Below, in pieces: positions 29,701-40,474 of a DNA stretch of 64,000 bases (within the stretch, counting starts at the first letter, position 1; each line of letters opens with the position of its first letter). The DNA is from an uncultured Clostridium sp. (lineage in GTDB: Bacteria > Bacillota > Clostridia > TANB77 > CAG-508), in assembly GCA_947565445.1 (NCBI GenBank), contig CANOGC010000001.1, positions 7,301 through 71,300 on the forward strand, read 5' to 3'. Below the pieces are notes generated by a model. It ran no database searches and was not told where the DNA came from. It saw nothing but the letters and a program-made list of their open reading frames with translations. The position numbers were made by a program, and so were the translations under genes.

Positions 29701-31987
29701 ATTATCTGGAGCAACATTTGGAATTTATGCAAAAGAAGATATTTGTAACTATGATAATGAAGTTGTACTAGAAGCAGGAACACTAATTCAAACAGCAACA
29801 AGTGATGAATTAGGAAATGCACATTTTACAGTAGATTTACCATTAGAAAACTTTGAAGTTAAAGAAATACAAGCACCAATAGGTTATTCAAGTTCAGATA
29901 AAGCAATAGAAGTAGATGCCACATATAGAGGGCAAGAAGTACCAACAATTGAATTACAATACGAATTGAAAAATAAAATAATAGAGGTAGAAGTATCTAA
30001 AAAAGATATTACAGATAATTCAGAAATTGCAGGAGCATATATTAAAGTATTTGAGAAAGATAACGAAGGAGCTGTTTTTGAAGAGTGGATTTCTGGACAA
30101 GATGGATTAAATGAAGATGGAACAGTTAAACCACACATTATGAAAGGATTAGAAGTAGGAAAAACATATGTTATGCAAGAAGTGTCTAGTCCTCACGGAT
30201 TTGCTATTGCACAAGATGTAGAGTTCACAATTGAAGATACAAGTGAAATTCAAAAAGTAGAAATGAAAGATGAGGTTGTATTTGGAGAACTTGAGTGGAA
30301 TAAAACTGGCGAAATTTTTATGGGAGTTGCAAAAGGAAATAGTGAATTTGGTGAAACATTTACACCTGCTTGGCATAAATCTAATTTACTTGATACAGAA
30401 ATTACTATTTACGCAGACGAAGATATAAAGATTGGAAATACAACATACTACAAAAAAGATGAAAAAGTTGAAACATTAGAGAGTGATTGGGAAAAAGTTG
30501 TAAGTAAGAGAATCCCTGTAGGAAAATATTACTATATGGAAACAAAAACACCTTTTGGATATGTAGGAAATACAGATAAACATTATTTTGAAGTTAAGGA
30601 TAATCAAAAAACAGATCTACAAATTATCTCATCAACACTAAATAATAATAGAGCTAGAGTAAATATTGAATTAACAAAGGTTCTTGAAGAACAAAATATA
30701 TTTATAAATAATGAAGCTTATAAAGACATTAAATTTGGTATTTATGCAAGAGAGGACTTATATGATTATATGGGTAATGTAGCTATTGAAAACAACTCTT
30801 TAGTTGCAGTATCTGGAATTGATGAAAAAGGGCATTTAGTTAATATTCCAGATTTACCAATTGGAACGTATTTTATAAAAGAACTATCTACAAACTCACA
30901 ATATGTGCTAGATCAAGATAAAGAATATAGTTTTGAAATTTCATATCGTGGAAAGACAGTTGCTGAATATACAATTCAAATAAACCATGGAATTATCGAA
31001 AACAAATTAGCTAGAGGAAAAATACAAATTGTTAAAAAAGATAATCTTGACGAAAATAAGAAATTAGAAAATGTAGAGTTTGATATTTCAGCAGACAAAA
31101 ATATGAAAAAAGTTATTATGACTGCAAAAACAGATGAAAATGGTATTGCAACATTTGAAAATCTTGAACTTGGAACATATTATATTAGAGAAACAAAACA
31201 AGTAGAAGGTTATATATCTAATGATTATATATACGAAGTAGAAGTTAAAGAAGACGGAGATTTACTAAAAATAGAAGTTTATAATCAGCCTACAAAAATG
31301 GAATTTTCAAAAGTAGATGAAACAAATACCAACGAACTACCAGGTGCCACTCTTCAAATTATAGATAAAGAAACAGGAGAAATTATTGAAGAGTGGGTAT
31401 CAACTAATGAACCACATATTATCCATTACTTACAAGAAGGTAAAGAATATGTAATGAGAGAAGAAACAGCACCATATGGTTATACAATATCAAAAGAAAT
31501 TACTTTTATAGCAGGTGATGGACAAAAAATTGTAATGCAAGATATGCCAATACTAAAAACTGTAAAAATAGTTAAAACTGATAGTGATACAAATGAAGTA
31601 ATCAAGGCAGATTTTAAATTTGGAATATATGAGGATGCAGAGTGTACTAAATTAATAAAAGAAGTAAATTCTGATAAAGAAAATGGAACTGTATCTTTTG
31701 AAGATTTAAGATATGGCACATATTTTATAAAAGAGTTAAAAGCACCAGGAGGATACCAACTATCAGATAAAGTTATAAAAATAGAAATTAATGATAGAGG
31801 AACTTTTGCAAATGGTGAATTATTAGAGGATAATGATTCTATATGTACATTTACTTATAGTAACAAACTAATACCAAAGATACAAACTGGAAATGAAGTA
31901 AATATTATGCTATTAATAGGTAGTTTAATAATTTCATTACTAGGAATAGTAGTAGGAGTAATTATATTAAAAAAGAAAAATAAATAG
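26745..31987 (+). CDS. very large cell-wall-anchored adhesin with N-terminal thioester-like domain plus many CnaB/SpaA-type repeats (needs two +1 shifts at CGG 26982 and CGG 26989)
   Basis: Signal peptide ORF 26745-27020 joins 26984-31987 if C26982 and C26989 are skipped (PAFCVQPDKD-GV-GMGGGDSYDV). There are repeated ...G(A/T)xFxI...TDxxGxxxxxxLxxGxYxxxExxAPxGY units and a C-terminal PKIQTGN, TM segment and KKKNK tail. Confidence 0.8.
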
Positions 31988-32049
31988 AAATTAGGGTGAT
32001 ACTTGTATCACTCTTTTTCTAAAAATTAAATTTAAGGAGGAATTTTTAT

Positions 32050-32310
32050 ATGTTAGAAATTAACGAAGTTAGAATTAAAAAGATAAATAAAGGAAAATTT
32101 TTAGGATTTGCAAGTATTTTAATAGAAAATTCATTAGTAGTAGATGGAATTGAATTGCATGATGGAGAAAAGGGAAGATATATTTATATGCCTTTAAATC
32201 CTAAAATGAAAAAAACAAGGAAGAATAGCACATATCCAATTGATAATGAAACAAGAGAACAGATATTAAAATTAGTTTCAGATAAATATGATGAAGAAAC
32301 TGAGGAATAG
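32050..32310 (+). CDS. SpoVG family protein
   Basis: MLEINEVRIKKINKGKFLGFASILIENSLVVDGIELHDGEKGRYIYMP...YPIDNETREQI parallels SpoVG (ITDVRVRK...LKAFASVT...V.DIKV..G..G.F.AMPS...HPIN.ETRE). Confidence 0.75.
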   Translation: MLEINEVRIKKINKGKFLGFASILIENSLVVDGIELHDGEKGRYIYMPLNPKMKKTRKNSTYPIDNETREQILKLVSDKYDEETEE

Positions 32311-32392
32311 AAACATTAAATAGAAGATACATTATGAAATACTTTTGTATCTTCTTTTAATTTTATTATGAAATAAATCAAAGGAGGATAAA

Positions 32393-32989
32393 GTGCAAAA
32401 TATTATTTTACCAGAGCTAGAAAAGCTTAAAAAACAAACAGATTTTATTATCAACAATAAGGAAATTTTAGAAAATAAAGATATAGAAAAGTATTTGCGA
32501 AGTTTAGAAGAAATAAGATATGAAATGTTTAGTAAAATTAAAATCAATAATAGAAATAGCATTAATGAAGATGAAAAAATTAGCTATATTAATAATTTAT
32601 ATAAAGCAACATTAGTAAATGATATTTTAAAAATACATATTCCAGAGGCATTACCCAAGTTTAAAAATATAAGTAATTATTCTTATAAGAATATTATGCT
32701 TAATACAGCAGAAAGTGTAAAAGAGTATAAAGGATTATTTAAAGATAATCTAACATTTGTGGTAATTATAGTACATGAAAAACAAGCTAATATGGACATA
32801 GATAATAAATATGTAAAACCTATAATTGATGCGTTAGTACTACAAAATGTCATTCAGGATGATAATATAACTAATATGTTTTACTTAGCACAGGGAAGAA
32901 ATGATACTAAGAAGCCATTTACAGAGGTATTTGTAATGAGTGGAGAATATATGCAAAGTTGGATTGAAAAATTACAAAAAATGTCTTAA
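32393..32989 (+). CDS. RusA-like Holliday junction resolvase domain protein with N-terminal extension
   Basis: NMDIDNKYVKPIIDALVLQNVIQDDNITNM matches the RusA core (D-L-D-N..K...DAL......DD..V). Confidence 0.55.
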   Translation: MQNIILPELEKLKKQTDFIINNKEILENKDIEKYLRSLEEIRYEMFSKIKINNRNSINEDEKISYINNLYKATLVNDILKIHIPEALPKFKNISNYSYKNIMLNTAESVKEYKGLFKDNLTFVVIIVHEKQANMDIDNKYVKPIIDALVLQNVIQDDNITNMFYLAQGRNDTKKPFTEVFVMSGEYMQSWIEKLQKMS

Positions 32990-33104
32990 AAAGTATGAAA
33001 AATTTCACAAAAAAAGGTTAAAAATTTTTTCATATAAAAACAATAGTAAAAGTATTGAAAAATAAGCAAAAAATTTTCTATTTTTTCAATAGTTTAAGAC
33101 ACCG

Positions 33105-34064
33105 TTGAAAGAACTGTGGCTTGAACAAAGAAAAAGGAGGGAGTTTGTGCAAGAAAAAAACAACATAAGTAAAGAGGATTTTGAAACATTAAAATTTTTA
33201 TCAAAGTATAAAATGCTAAAAATTGAAGATGCATGTTTGATTTACAGAACAAAAAGATATTATAGACAAAGAGTTAATAAATTAATTGATAAAGGATATG
33301 TTAAAAGATATAAAAGTTATATAGTGCTTGATAAAAAAGGTAGGAAAGAACTAAATGAAGTAGGTCTTGATTACATTAAAAATATAAAAAATGAAGCTTA
33401 TATGGAAAGACTAAGAAAAATTGCAAGTATTGCAACATTAAGTATAAATTCCAATATAAAATTTGTACCCAGTTGGGATATAAAAGAAAAAGATAAGTAT
33501 ACAGAAACAGCACGAAGATATATAGGAAAAATTATAATAGAAGATAGAGAATATCTAGCTTATTACATATCAGATAAAAAAGAACACATATATATAAAAC
33601 AACTACTATTTGATGTTAATAAAGCTATAAGCTATGATGATTTTATCATATTTGTTGAAAACTATGATGTAATAAATAAAAAATACTCAAATTTATCATT
33701 TGGAAAGAAAAATACATACATAATCCAAAATAACAGCTTAAATAAAGAGCTGCTTAGAGAAATGAATAGTATAAATATTCATGATTTCTTAGAAAGCATA
33801 TATGAAAAAGAAATATTAATAAGTGATTGGGACAAGGCTGATTATTTATTAGAAGATGGAAGGTATATTATATATATGCCTTTTATCAATACTGAAGAGA
33901 TAACAAGAATAAATTGGTACTACTTAGAAAATTCGGAATCGAATAGAAAACTAGAAATAGTAACATTGGAAGAAAATGAAAAAACAATTCAAGGAATAGT
34001 AGATAATAAATGTAAAATAAAATCTTTTAATAAATACTGGTTAGGAGGGATAAATGAGGAATAG
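33105..34064 (+). CDS. replication-relaxation (Replic_Relax) family protein, candidate relaxase or relaxosome component; the likely true start is GTG 33147
   Basis: N-terminal winged-helix-like FETLKFLSKYKMLKIEDACLIYRTKRYYRQRVNKLIDKGYVKRY. It lies immediately upstream of and overlaps the coupling protein gene, a common pairing for this family. Confidence 0.5.
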   Translation: MKELWLEQRKRREFVQEKNNISKEDFETLKFLSKYKMLKIEDACLIYRTKRYYRQRVNKLIDKGYVKRYKSYIVLDKKGRKELNEVGLDYIKNIKNEAYMERLRKIASIATLSINSNIKFVPSWDIKEKDKYTETARRYIGKIIIEDREYLAYYISDKKEHIYIKQLLFDVNKAISYDDFIIFVENYDVINKKYSNLSFGKKNTYIIQNNSLNKELLREMNSINIHDFLESIYEKEILISDWDKADYLLEDGRYIIYMPFINTEEITRINWYYLENSESNRKLEIVTLEENEKTIQGIVDNKCKIKSFNKYWLGGINEE

Positions 34065-35926
34065 ATTATTAGAAAAGATAATACAAAAGAAAAATATATT
34101 ATTTGCTATTATCTTATATGTGTCTATCAGAATATTAATACCTGTAATTAATGGATATATAAACTTATTAGGAGTATGTTTTAATAAGAAATATACAGTA
34201 ACAGAAATACATAATTTTTTTGATTGTATAAAAGCAGTTCATAACAATAAAATAATAGGTCTTATTTACGTCATAATTGCCCTTATTTTCGCTTTTTGTA
34301 TTTGGAACATATTATTTACCAAAAAGCGAATGAAAATTGAAAATGAGGGCATTAATTTCAAAGAGAAAGATGGTACATATGGAACATCTGGATTTACAAC
34401 ACCTGATAAAATAGAAATACTTAAAATTGGTGATGAAAATGTTTCAGGGATGATATTAGGAAAGACAATTGATACAAATGAAACAATTATACTTCCAGAT
34501 AGTTGCAAATCTTTAAATAGGAATGTCATGATATGGGGTGCATCAGGTTCAGGAAAATCTACAAGTTATATTATTCCAAATGCTTTAAAGATAGCAGAAC
34601 AGGAAAGAACTGAGCAGAATAATACAGAAAAACTAAAAGAAAAATTAAAAGAACTTGCTATAGAAGGGAAAAATATTGTATGCACTGATCCAAAGGGCGA
34701 ATTGTTTAGTATAACAAGTAAACGCTTTGAAGAGTTAGGGTATGAAGTTAAAGTATTTAATCTAGTTAATCCAGAACATTCTGATGGCATTGATTTAATA
34801 AATTTCATTGAAAAAGAGATTGATGCACAGATATTTGCACAGGTGGTTATTAATACAACACAAAATGCAGGAAAAAAAGGAGAGGAATTTTGGCAGAATA
34901 CACAAGAAAATTTATTAAAAGCATTACTATTGCATATTAAATTTGAAGTAGAGGACAAAAACAAAAAGAATATGAGATATTTAAACTCTATTTTAGCATC
35001 TGGAGATATAAAAAAGATAGATGAAGTATTTAGGAATTCAACAGGTATTACAAAAATAGCATATAACATATATGCACAGGCTAGTGATACAATTAAGCAA
35101 AGTACAATCACTGGTCTTGCAACAAAATTGCAGATATTTCAATTAAATGAGATAGCAGGAATAACAGAGAGAAACGATATAGATTTTTTAGACTTGGACA
35201 AAAAGAAAATGATAATATACTGCATTATAAGTGATATGGATACTACAATGAGCTTTTTAAATAGCTTATTTTTTTCATTCCTTTTCATAAAAGTTATAAG
35301 ACAAGCTGATAAAAATGAAAGTAAACAATTAAATAGACATCTAGCAATATTTCTTGATGAGTTTGCTAATATTGGGCAAATACCAGACTTTCAACAAAAA
35401 CTATCTACAATAAGATCAAGAGGAATTTTTGCAGTAATTGTATGCCAACATATTGCAGGTCTAAAAGTTTTATATCCAGATGATATTTGGCAGGGGCTTA
35501 TTCGGAAATTGCGATATAAAAATTATGATGGGGACTAATGATTTATTAACAGCAGAATATATAAGTGAACTCTTGGGTGTTTCTACAGTAGGAACAAACT
35601 CAATAAGAAAAGGTGCAGAATTCGATGGAATATTGGATTATGGTAATGTTTCAATATCTTCAGTAAAAAGAAATGTAATGAATAAAGATGAAGCTTTAAG
35701 GATGGATAATGACATACAAATAGTTTATTTAAGAGGATACAAAGCTTTTAAATGTAAGAAATTAAGGTATTGGGAACATCCGTTAGGAAGCGATATTCAG
35801 TTAAATTCTATAGAAAATTACAAACCTAATAATATTACAACATTAAGTTCAATAGAAGAAAAGGAAGAACCACAAAAATTACCAACGTTTGAAGAATTTT
35901 TAAGAGGAAGGAGGAAAATAGGATGA
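34054..35926 (+). CDS. VirD4/TraG-type type IV coupling protein (needs a +1 shift at CGG 35503-35505)
   Basis: Two N-terminal TM segments, Walker A GASGSGKSTS and Walker B-like IFLDEFAN. ORFs 34054-35538 and 35480-35926 join by skipping C35503 (ATT CGG A) to give ...DDIWQGLIGNCDIKIMMGTNDLLTAEYIS... Confidence 0.85.
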
Positions 35927-36766
35927 TTGAAGAACTAGAAAAAAAGGTTGCTTGGCAGAATATTAATACATCTGTAGAGAAAAATAAGATTCTTTCTGGT
36001 AAGGCAATAGCGATAGAAAGTGAAAAAGTAAAATTGACACATAGCGATGATAAAGTATATGAAGAAAATATCAACTGTATTGTTGTAAATTTTAAGAATA
36101 TTAAAGTATTAATACCAGGGCAAGAACTAGGAATAGAAAAATGTGACAAGAAAAGTATAAGAAATTTAATAGGTTCAGAGATAAAATTTATTATTATAGA
36201 ATTTGATAAATTAACTAATACAGCTGTAGCATCAAGGAAAAGAGCAATGGAACGAATAAAAAGTATTCAACAAAAAAAGTATCAAAAAGGAGATAGTGTT
36301 TATGCAAAAGTAATATCTGTTTGGAACAAATATATAACAGTAGAATGTTTAGGAACAGACATAAAATTAAAAATTTCTGATTTAGAATATGGTTATGTCG
36401 CAAATCTAAACAATTTATATCAAGTAGGAGATAAAATAAAAGTGAAGATAAAAGAAATAGATACAGAAAAGGGTATTTTAAAAATATCTCATAAGGAAAC
36501 AAAAGAAGATCCATATAAAAATGTTAGAAAGACTTTTACTGAAGGAGGCGAATATTTAGCAACAGTAACAGGATTTTCTGATAATCGGTGTGTTTGCATC
36601 TTTAAAACAAGGTATAGACACAATGGCCACACTTCCAGTGTGGCTAGAAATACCACCACTTCCTGGAGATACTATTATTGTAAAAGTAAAGAAAATAATA
36701 CCAGAGAAAAGAAAAATTTATAGTTCACTTATAAAAACTGTAAGGAGGGAAGCTGTAAATGACTAA
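35923..36766 (+). CDS. protein with three S1 (OB-fold) RNA-binding-type repeats (needs a +1 shift at CGG 36586-36588)
   Basis: Skipping C36586 (AAT CGG T) restores the third S1 repeat (GEYLATVTGFSDNGVFASLKQGIDTMATLPVW...GDTIIVKVKKIIPEKRKIYSSL). The frame then ends at TAA 36764-36766, overlapping the next start. Confidence 0.7.
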
Positions 36767-37241
36767 GAATCAAAATAATGTAATGCAATTTTTAAGTAAA
36801 TTTAAGAGTTGTACTCAAGAACAATTGATAGAATTTACAGGTTGCTCATCTCAAGATATTAGCTATTTAATTGCTTCTAATTTCATTGTATTAGATGATA
36901 AAACTAAATTGCTGCATCATAAAATAAAGAAAGTAGATGTAAGAACAGCAGTTGCATTAGATGTTATAAGACTTATAAAAAATGAAATAAAAGATTGTGG
37001 ATATAGCAAAAATTTTCCTGTTATCTTTACAACAGTAACTACAGATAATCAAATATGCGATATAGCAGTAGTAAGGAAAATAGAGCAGGAAACAGTTTTT
37101 AAAAGATTAAAAGATTATTCAAGGGCAGATAAAATTATCATAGTATTAGAGAATGAAGAGTATGATAAAAACCTAATAAATTCTACAAAAGAAGTTCTCA
37201 TATGTAAATATCCTATTCAAATTATAGATAAAATTAACTAA
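36759..37241 (+). CDS. hypothetical protein
   Basis: 160-aa ORF with RBS aaggaggg. No motif recognised. Confidence 0.4.
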   Translation: MTKNQNNVMQFLSKFKSCTQEQLIEFTGCSSQDISYLIASNFIVLDDKTKLLHHKIKKVDVRTAVALDVIRLIKNEIKDCGYSKNFPVIFTTVTTDNQICDIAVVRKIEQETVFKRLKDYSRADKIIIVLENEEYDKNLINSTKEVLICKYPIQIIDKIN

Positions 37242-37314
37242 AATTTTTTCTCAGATTGAAAAATATGTTTTGAAAATTCTATAATATATAAAAATTAAGA
37301 AAGGGTGATTTAAA

Positions 37315-37545
37315 ATGGAATACATTATTTTAGCTATTATTTTTGCAGTAGGAGTAACTATCGTAGCATATGAAACTTATTACGAAAAAAAGGAAAAGAA
37401 AGTAGGAGAGTTATTAGCTCCAAAAGTTGAACTATTAATTGAAATGTCTAGCAAAAGAATATTTGAAAAACAAAACGAATTAAATAGGGTACTAACAGAC
37501 AATGAAAAAAATAGAATTGTAGATGAATGTTATAGTAAAATATAG
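37315..37545 (+). CDS. hypothetical small membrane-anchored protein
   Basis: 76-aa ORF with an N-terminal TM segment (YIILAIIFAVGVTIVAY). Confidence 0.4.
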   Translation: MEYIILAIIFAVGVTIVAYETYYEKKEKKVGELLAPKVELLIEMSSKRIFEKQNELNRVLTDNEKNRIVDECYSKI

Positions 37546-37565
37546 CTTGAATATAGAGGTAATAT

Positions 37566-38165
37566 ATGATATATATTTATTGGGAGAAAGAGAGGTTACA
37601 AAATATGCAAGATATTAAATTTACTGATAATGAAATAAAAGCAATCTATAATTTATATATATATGGTTTTGAAGAAAATGAAATTGCTAGTATGGCTAAT
37701 GGCAAGAAAATCTATGACATTATTAATATGAAAATAGAGAAAATGTTAGATTCAATACTAAAATATACTAAAGATTCGTATTATTCAAACCATATATGTA
37801 GTGATATTAACATGGAAACAATTTTACAAGGTGCTAATGCCTGTGAAAAAATAATAGATTCATTAAAAGAATTACAAAAAAAGGTGAAACAGGATATAGA
37901 TAGTACCATGCCAGAAGTTCTTATAGATAATATAGAGAATGTAATCAAAATTATCAATAATATTGAAAAAGTACAACAAGAGTATAATATATTGAAACAA
38001 AAAGCAATATGTGAAATTAATAATACTAAAATTGAAGAAGTATTAAGTAGAGTAACATATATAGCGACTTTAAAGGAAGATAGAATGAAAAAGGTAAAAG
38101 TTGAACCTATTATTACAAAAGAACAATGGCAAGAGGTAGAAAAGACAGTAAGAAGTAATAATTGA
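37566..38165 (+). CDS. hypothetical protein
   Basis: 199-aa ORF followed by the terminator at 38180-38206. Confidence 0.4.
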   Translation: MIYIYWEKERLQNMQDIKFTDNEIKAIYNLYIYGFEENEIASMANGKKIYDIINMKIEKMLDSILKYTKDSYYSNHICSDINMETILQGANACEKIIDSLKELQKKVKQDIDSTMPEVLIDNIENVIKIINNIEKVQQEYNILKQKAICEINNTKIEEVLSRVTYIATLKEDRMKKVKVEPIITKEQWQEVEKTVRSNN

Positions 38166-38179
38166 ATAAATAGTAAAAG

Positions 38180-38206
38180 GGACAGAGAGAAATCTGTCCT
38201 TTTTTC
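38180..38206 (+). terminator. rho-independent terminator
   Basis: ggacag-agagaaat-ctgtcc followed by ttttttc. Confidence 0.7.
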
Positions 38207-38322
38207 GTTTTATTTATTAATTAAATCTTTTAAAGATTTTTATTAATCGAAAAATAGTATAAGTTCTTTAAAATACTATTTTTTTGTTAAATTTTGTGAT
38301 ATAATATAGTAGATTTTAGGAG

Positions 38323-38655
38323 TTGATACATATGGATAGTACAATTGAAAAACAACTAATATATTTAATAGACCAATTAATTGAAACGAAGTTACAACAA
38401 AATGAAGACTTTTTAAGGTTTACATACTATGAAGTAATAGTAAAAGAAAAAATTGATAGTAAACTTGAAAAAGAGTTTTTAAGATTAGCACAAAATAAGT
38501 TAAGTAATATGGGATATTCGGTATATCTTCAAGAACAAGAATTCTTTTATAATGAAGCAAGAATGAAGGTTCAAGATAATGAATTGATTATAGCAATAAA
38601 AATGAGAGAAAAGGATGTTGGAAAATGGAAGAAAAATACAAAAAACAATCAATAG
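38323..38655 (+). CDS. hypothetical protein
   Basis: 110-aa ORF downstream of an extended -10-like promoter (tgtgatataat at about 38295). Confidence 0.4.
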   Translation: MIHMDSTIEKQLIYLIDQLIETKLQQNEDFLRFTYYEVIVKEKIDSKLEKEFLRLAQNKLSNMGYSVYLQEQEFFYNEARMKVQDNELIIAIKMREKDVGKWKKNTKNNQ

Positions 38656-38819
38656 AAAGATTTGAATTTATAAGTGAAGAAAATATAAATAAATTAAAGG
38701 AAAACAAAGTTGAAACTTTAGAACAGTTATCTAACAAAACAAATACAGAACTAAAAGAATATGGATTAGAGAATGAAGAAATAAAAAAGATAAAAATAGA
38801 GTTACAATATCTAGGATAG
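38625..38819 (+). CDS. hypothetical small protein with helix-hairpin-helix-like segment
   Basis: 64-aa ORF. VETLEQLSNKTNTELKEYGLENEEIKKI resembles an HhH / RNA polymerase alpha-CTD-like motif. Confidence 0.35.
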   Translation: MEEKYKKQSIERFEFISEENINKLKENKVETLEQLSNKTNTELKEYGLENEEIKKIKIELQYLG

Positions 38820-38905
38820 GCTTAAAGATAGAATGTTAAAATTATACTAATGAGAAGTAATTATAGTTTGGGGAAATAGTTTAATAGTATAAGGGGATTT
38901 TAAAA

Positions 38906-39091
38906 GTGTGGTATGATAAAACATACAGTTTAACAGTTGAATATATAAAGAATAGTGAAAAGAAGATGTCGGCAAAAGAATATAGGAAAGTTGCAAAACA
39001 ATTAGATTTGTTAAGTTTAGCAAGTTTGAGAAGTATAACGAATATTGACTTTGAAGAATTAGAGAAACAGATAAGAACGAGTAAAATTTGA
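38906..39091 (+). CDS. hypothetical small protein
   Basis: 61-aa ORF with a GTG start. Weak support. Confidence 0.25.
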   Translation: MWYDKTYSLTVEYIKNSEKKMSAKEYRKVAKQLDLLSLASLRSITNIDFEELEKQIRTSKI

Positions 39092-39178
39092 TTATCATAA
39101 TAAAATGTATAAGAGCAAGTAATTAAATGTAGTAATTACTTGCTTTTATCAAATTATACTAAAAATATAAAAAAAGTA

Positions 39179-39218
39179 TTGACTTTTTTAAAACAACTGT
39201 ATATACTGTATATATACA
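39179..39218 (+). promoter_or_regulatory. promoter with overlapping palindromic operator for the GntR-ABC operon
   Basis: TTGACT (39179-39184), 17-nt spacer, TATACT (39202-39207). The inverted repeat tgtatata/tatataca (39198-39218) overlaps the -10. Confidence 0.6.
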
Positions 39219-39236
39219 ATAAATAAAGGAGGAACT

Positions 39237-39614
39237 ATGAACATTATAATAAGTAATTCAAGTAATACCCCTATATATGAACAAATAAAGGAACAGATTA
39301 AGAACAAAATAGTGTCGAATGAACTAAAAACTGGAGATTTATTGCCATCAATAAGAAATTTAGCAAAGGATTTAAGAATAAGCGTAATAACAACAAAAAA
39401 TGCTTATGAAGAGTTAGAAAAAGAAGGTTATGTAGAAACGATACCATCCAAAGGAACTTATGTTGCAAGCAAAAATATCGAAATAATTAAAGAAGAACAG
39501 ATGAAAAAAGTAGAAAATTTAATAGAAACAGCAGTATCTATTGCTAAAATTAGTAAAATATCAAAAAAAGAAGTAAATGATATTTTAGATATATTGTATG
39601 AGGAGGAAAATTAA
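39237..39614 (+). CDS. GntR (YtrA-subfamily-like) transcriptional regulator
   Basis: 125-aa ORF. PIYEQIKEQIKNKIVSNELKTGDLLPSIRNLAKDLRISVITTKNAYEELEKEGYV is a canonical GntR wHTH. Confidence 0.85.
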   Translation: MNIIISNSSNTPIYEQIKEQIKNKIVSNELKTGDLLPSIRNLAKDLRISVITTKNAYEELEKEGYVETIPSKGTYVASKNIEIIKEEQMKKVENLIETAVSIAKISKISKKEVNDILDILYEEEN

Positions 39615-40473
39615 ATGGATAATATATTAGAAGTTAAAAACTTGTGTAAAAGTTATGATAAGTTTAGTTTAAAGAACATTAATCTTGAACTTCCTAAGGG
39701 AACTATTATGGGGTTAGTTGGAGAAAATGGAGCAGGAAAAAGTACTACTATTAAAGCAATACTGAATTTGGTAAATACAAGTGATGGTATAATTAAAATA
39801 TTTGGAAAAGATAGTAAAGAAAATGAAATTGAGATAAAGGAAGATATTGGGGTTGTTTTAGATGAAGGTTTTGTATCTGAGTATATAACACCACAAGGAA
39901 TAAATTCAATTATGAAAGATATTTATATAAATTGGGATGAAGACTTATACTTTAAATATCTAGAAGATTTTAAATTACCAAAAGACAAGGTTTCAAAAGA
40001 ATACTCTAGTGGTATGAAAATGAAACTAAAAATTGCAGTAGCTCTTGCACACCATCCAAAACTTCTAATATTAGATGAACCAACTTCAGGCTTAGATCCA
40101 ATTGCAAGAAATGATATATTAGATATTTTTCAGGAATTTATACAAGATGAGGAACATGGAATATTTGTTTCTAGCCATATTACATCAGATTTAGAAAATA
40201 TAGCCGATTATATAACTTTTATAAATAATGGAGAAATTGTACTAAGTCGAACAAGAGATGAACTACTTGATAAAATGCGGCATTGCAAGATGCACTAGTG
40301 AACAATTTGAAAAAATAGAGAAAAATGATTATATAAGATTTAAGAAAAATAAATATGAATATGATGTTTTAGTAGAAGATAAGAGTAAATTTAAGAAAAA
40401 ATATAAAATAGAAATAATAGATAAGCCAAGAATTGAAGAAATAATGATAATGTATGTCAAGGGGGAAAAATAG
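39615..40473 (+). CDS. ABC transporter ATP-binding protein (needs a +1 shift at CGG 40278-40280)
   Basis: Walker A GENGAGKST, signature YSSGMKMKL and Walker B LLILDEPTSGLD. ORFs 39615-40298 and 40258-40473 join by skipping C40278 (ATG CGG C) to give ...RDELLDKMGIARCTSEQFEKI... Confidence 0.85.
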
Positions 40474-40474
40474 T

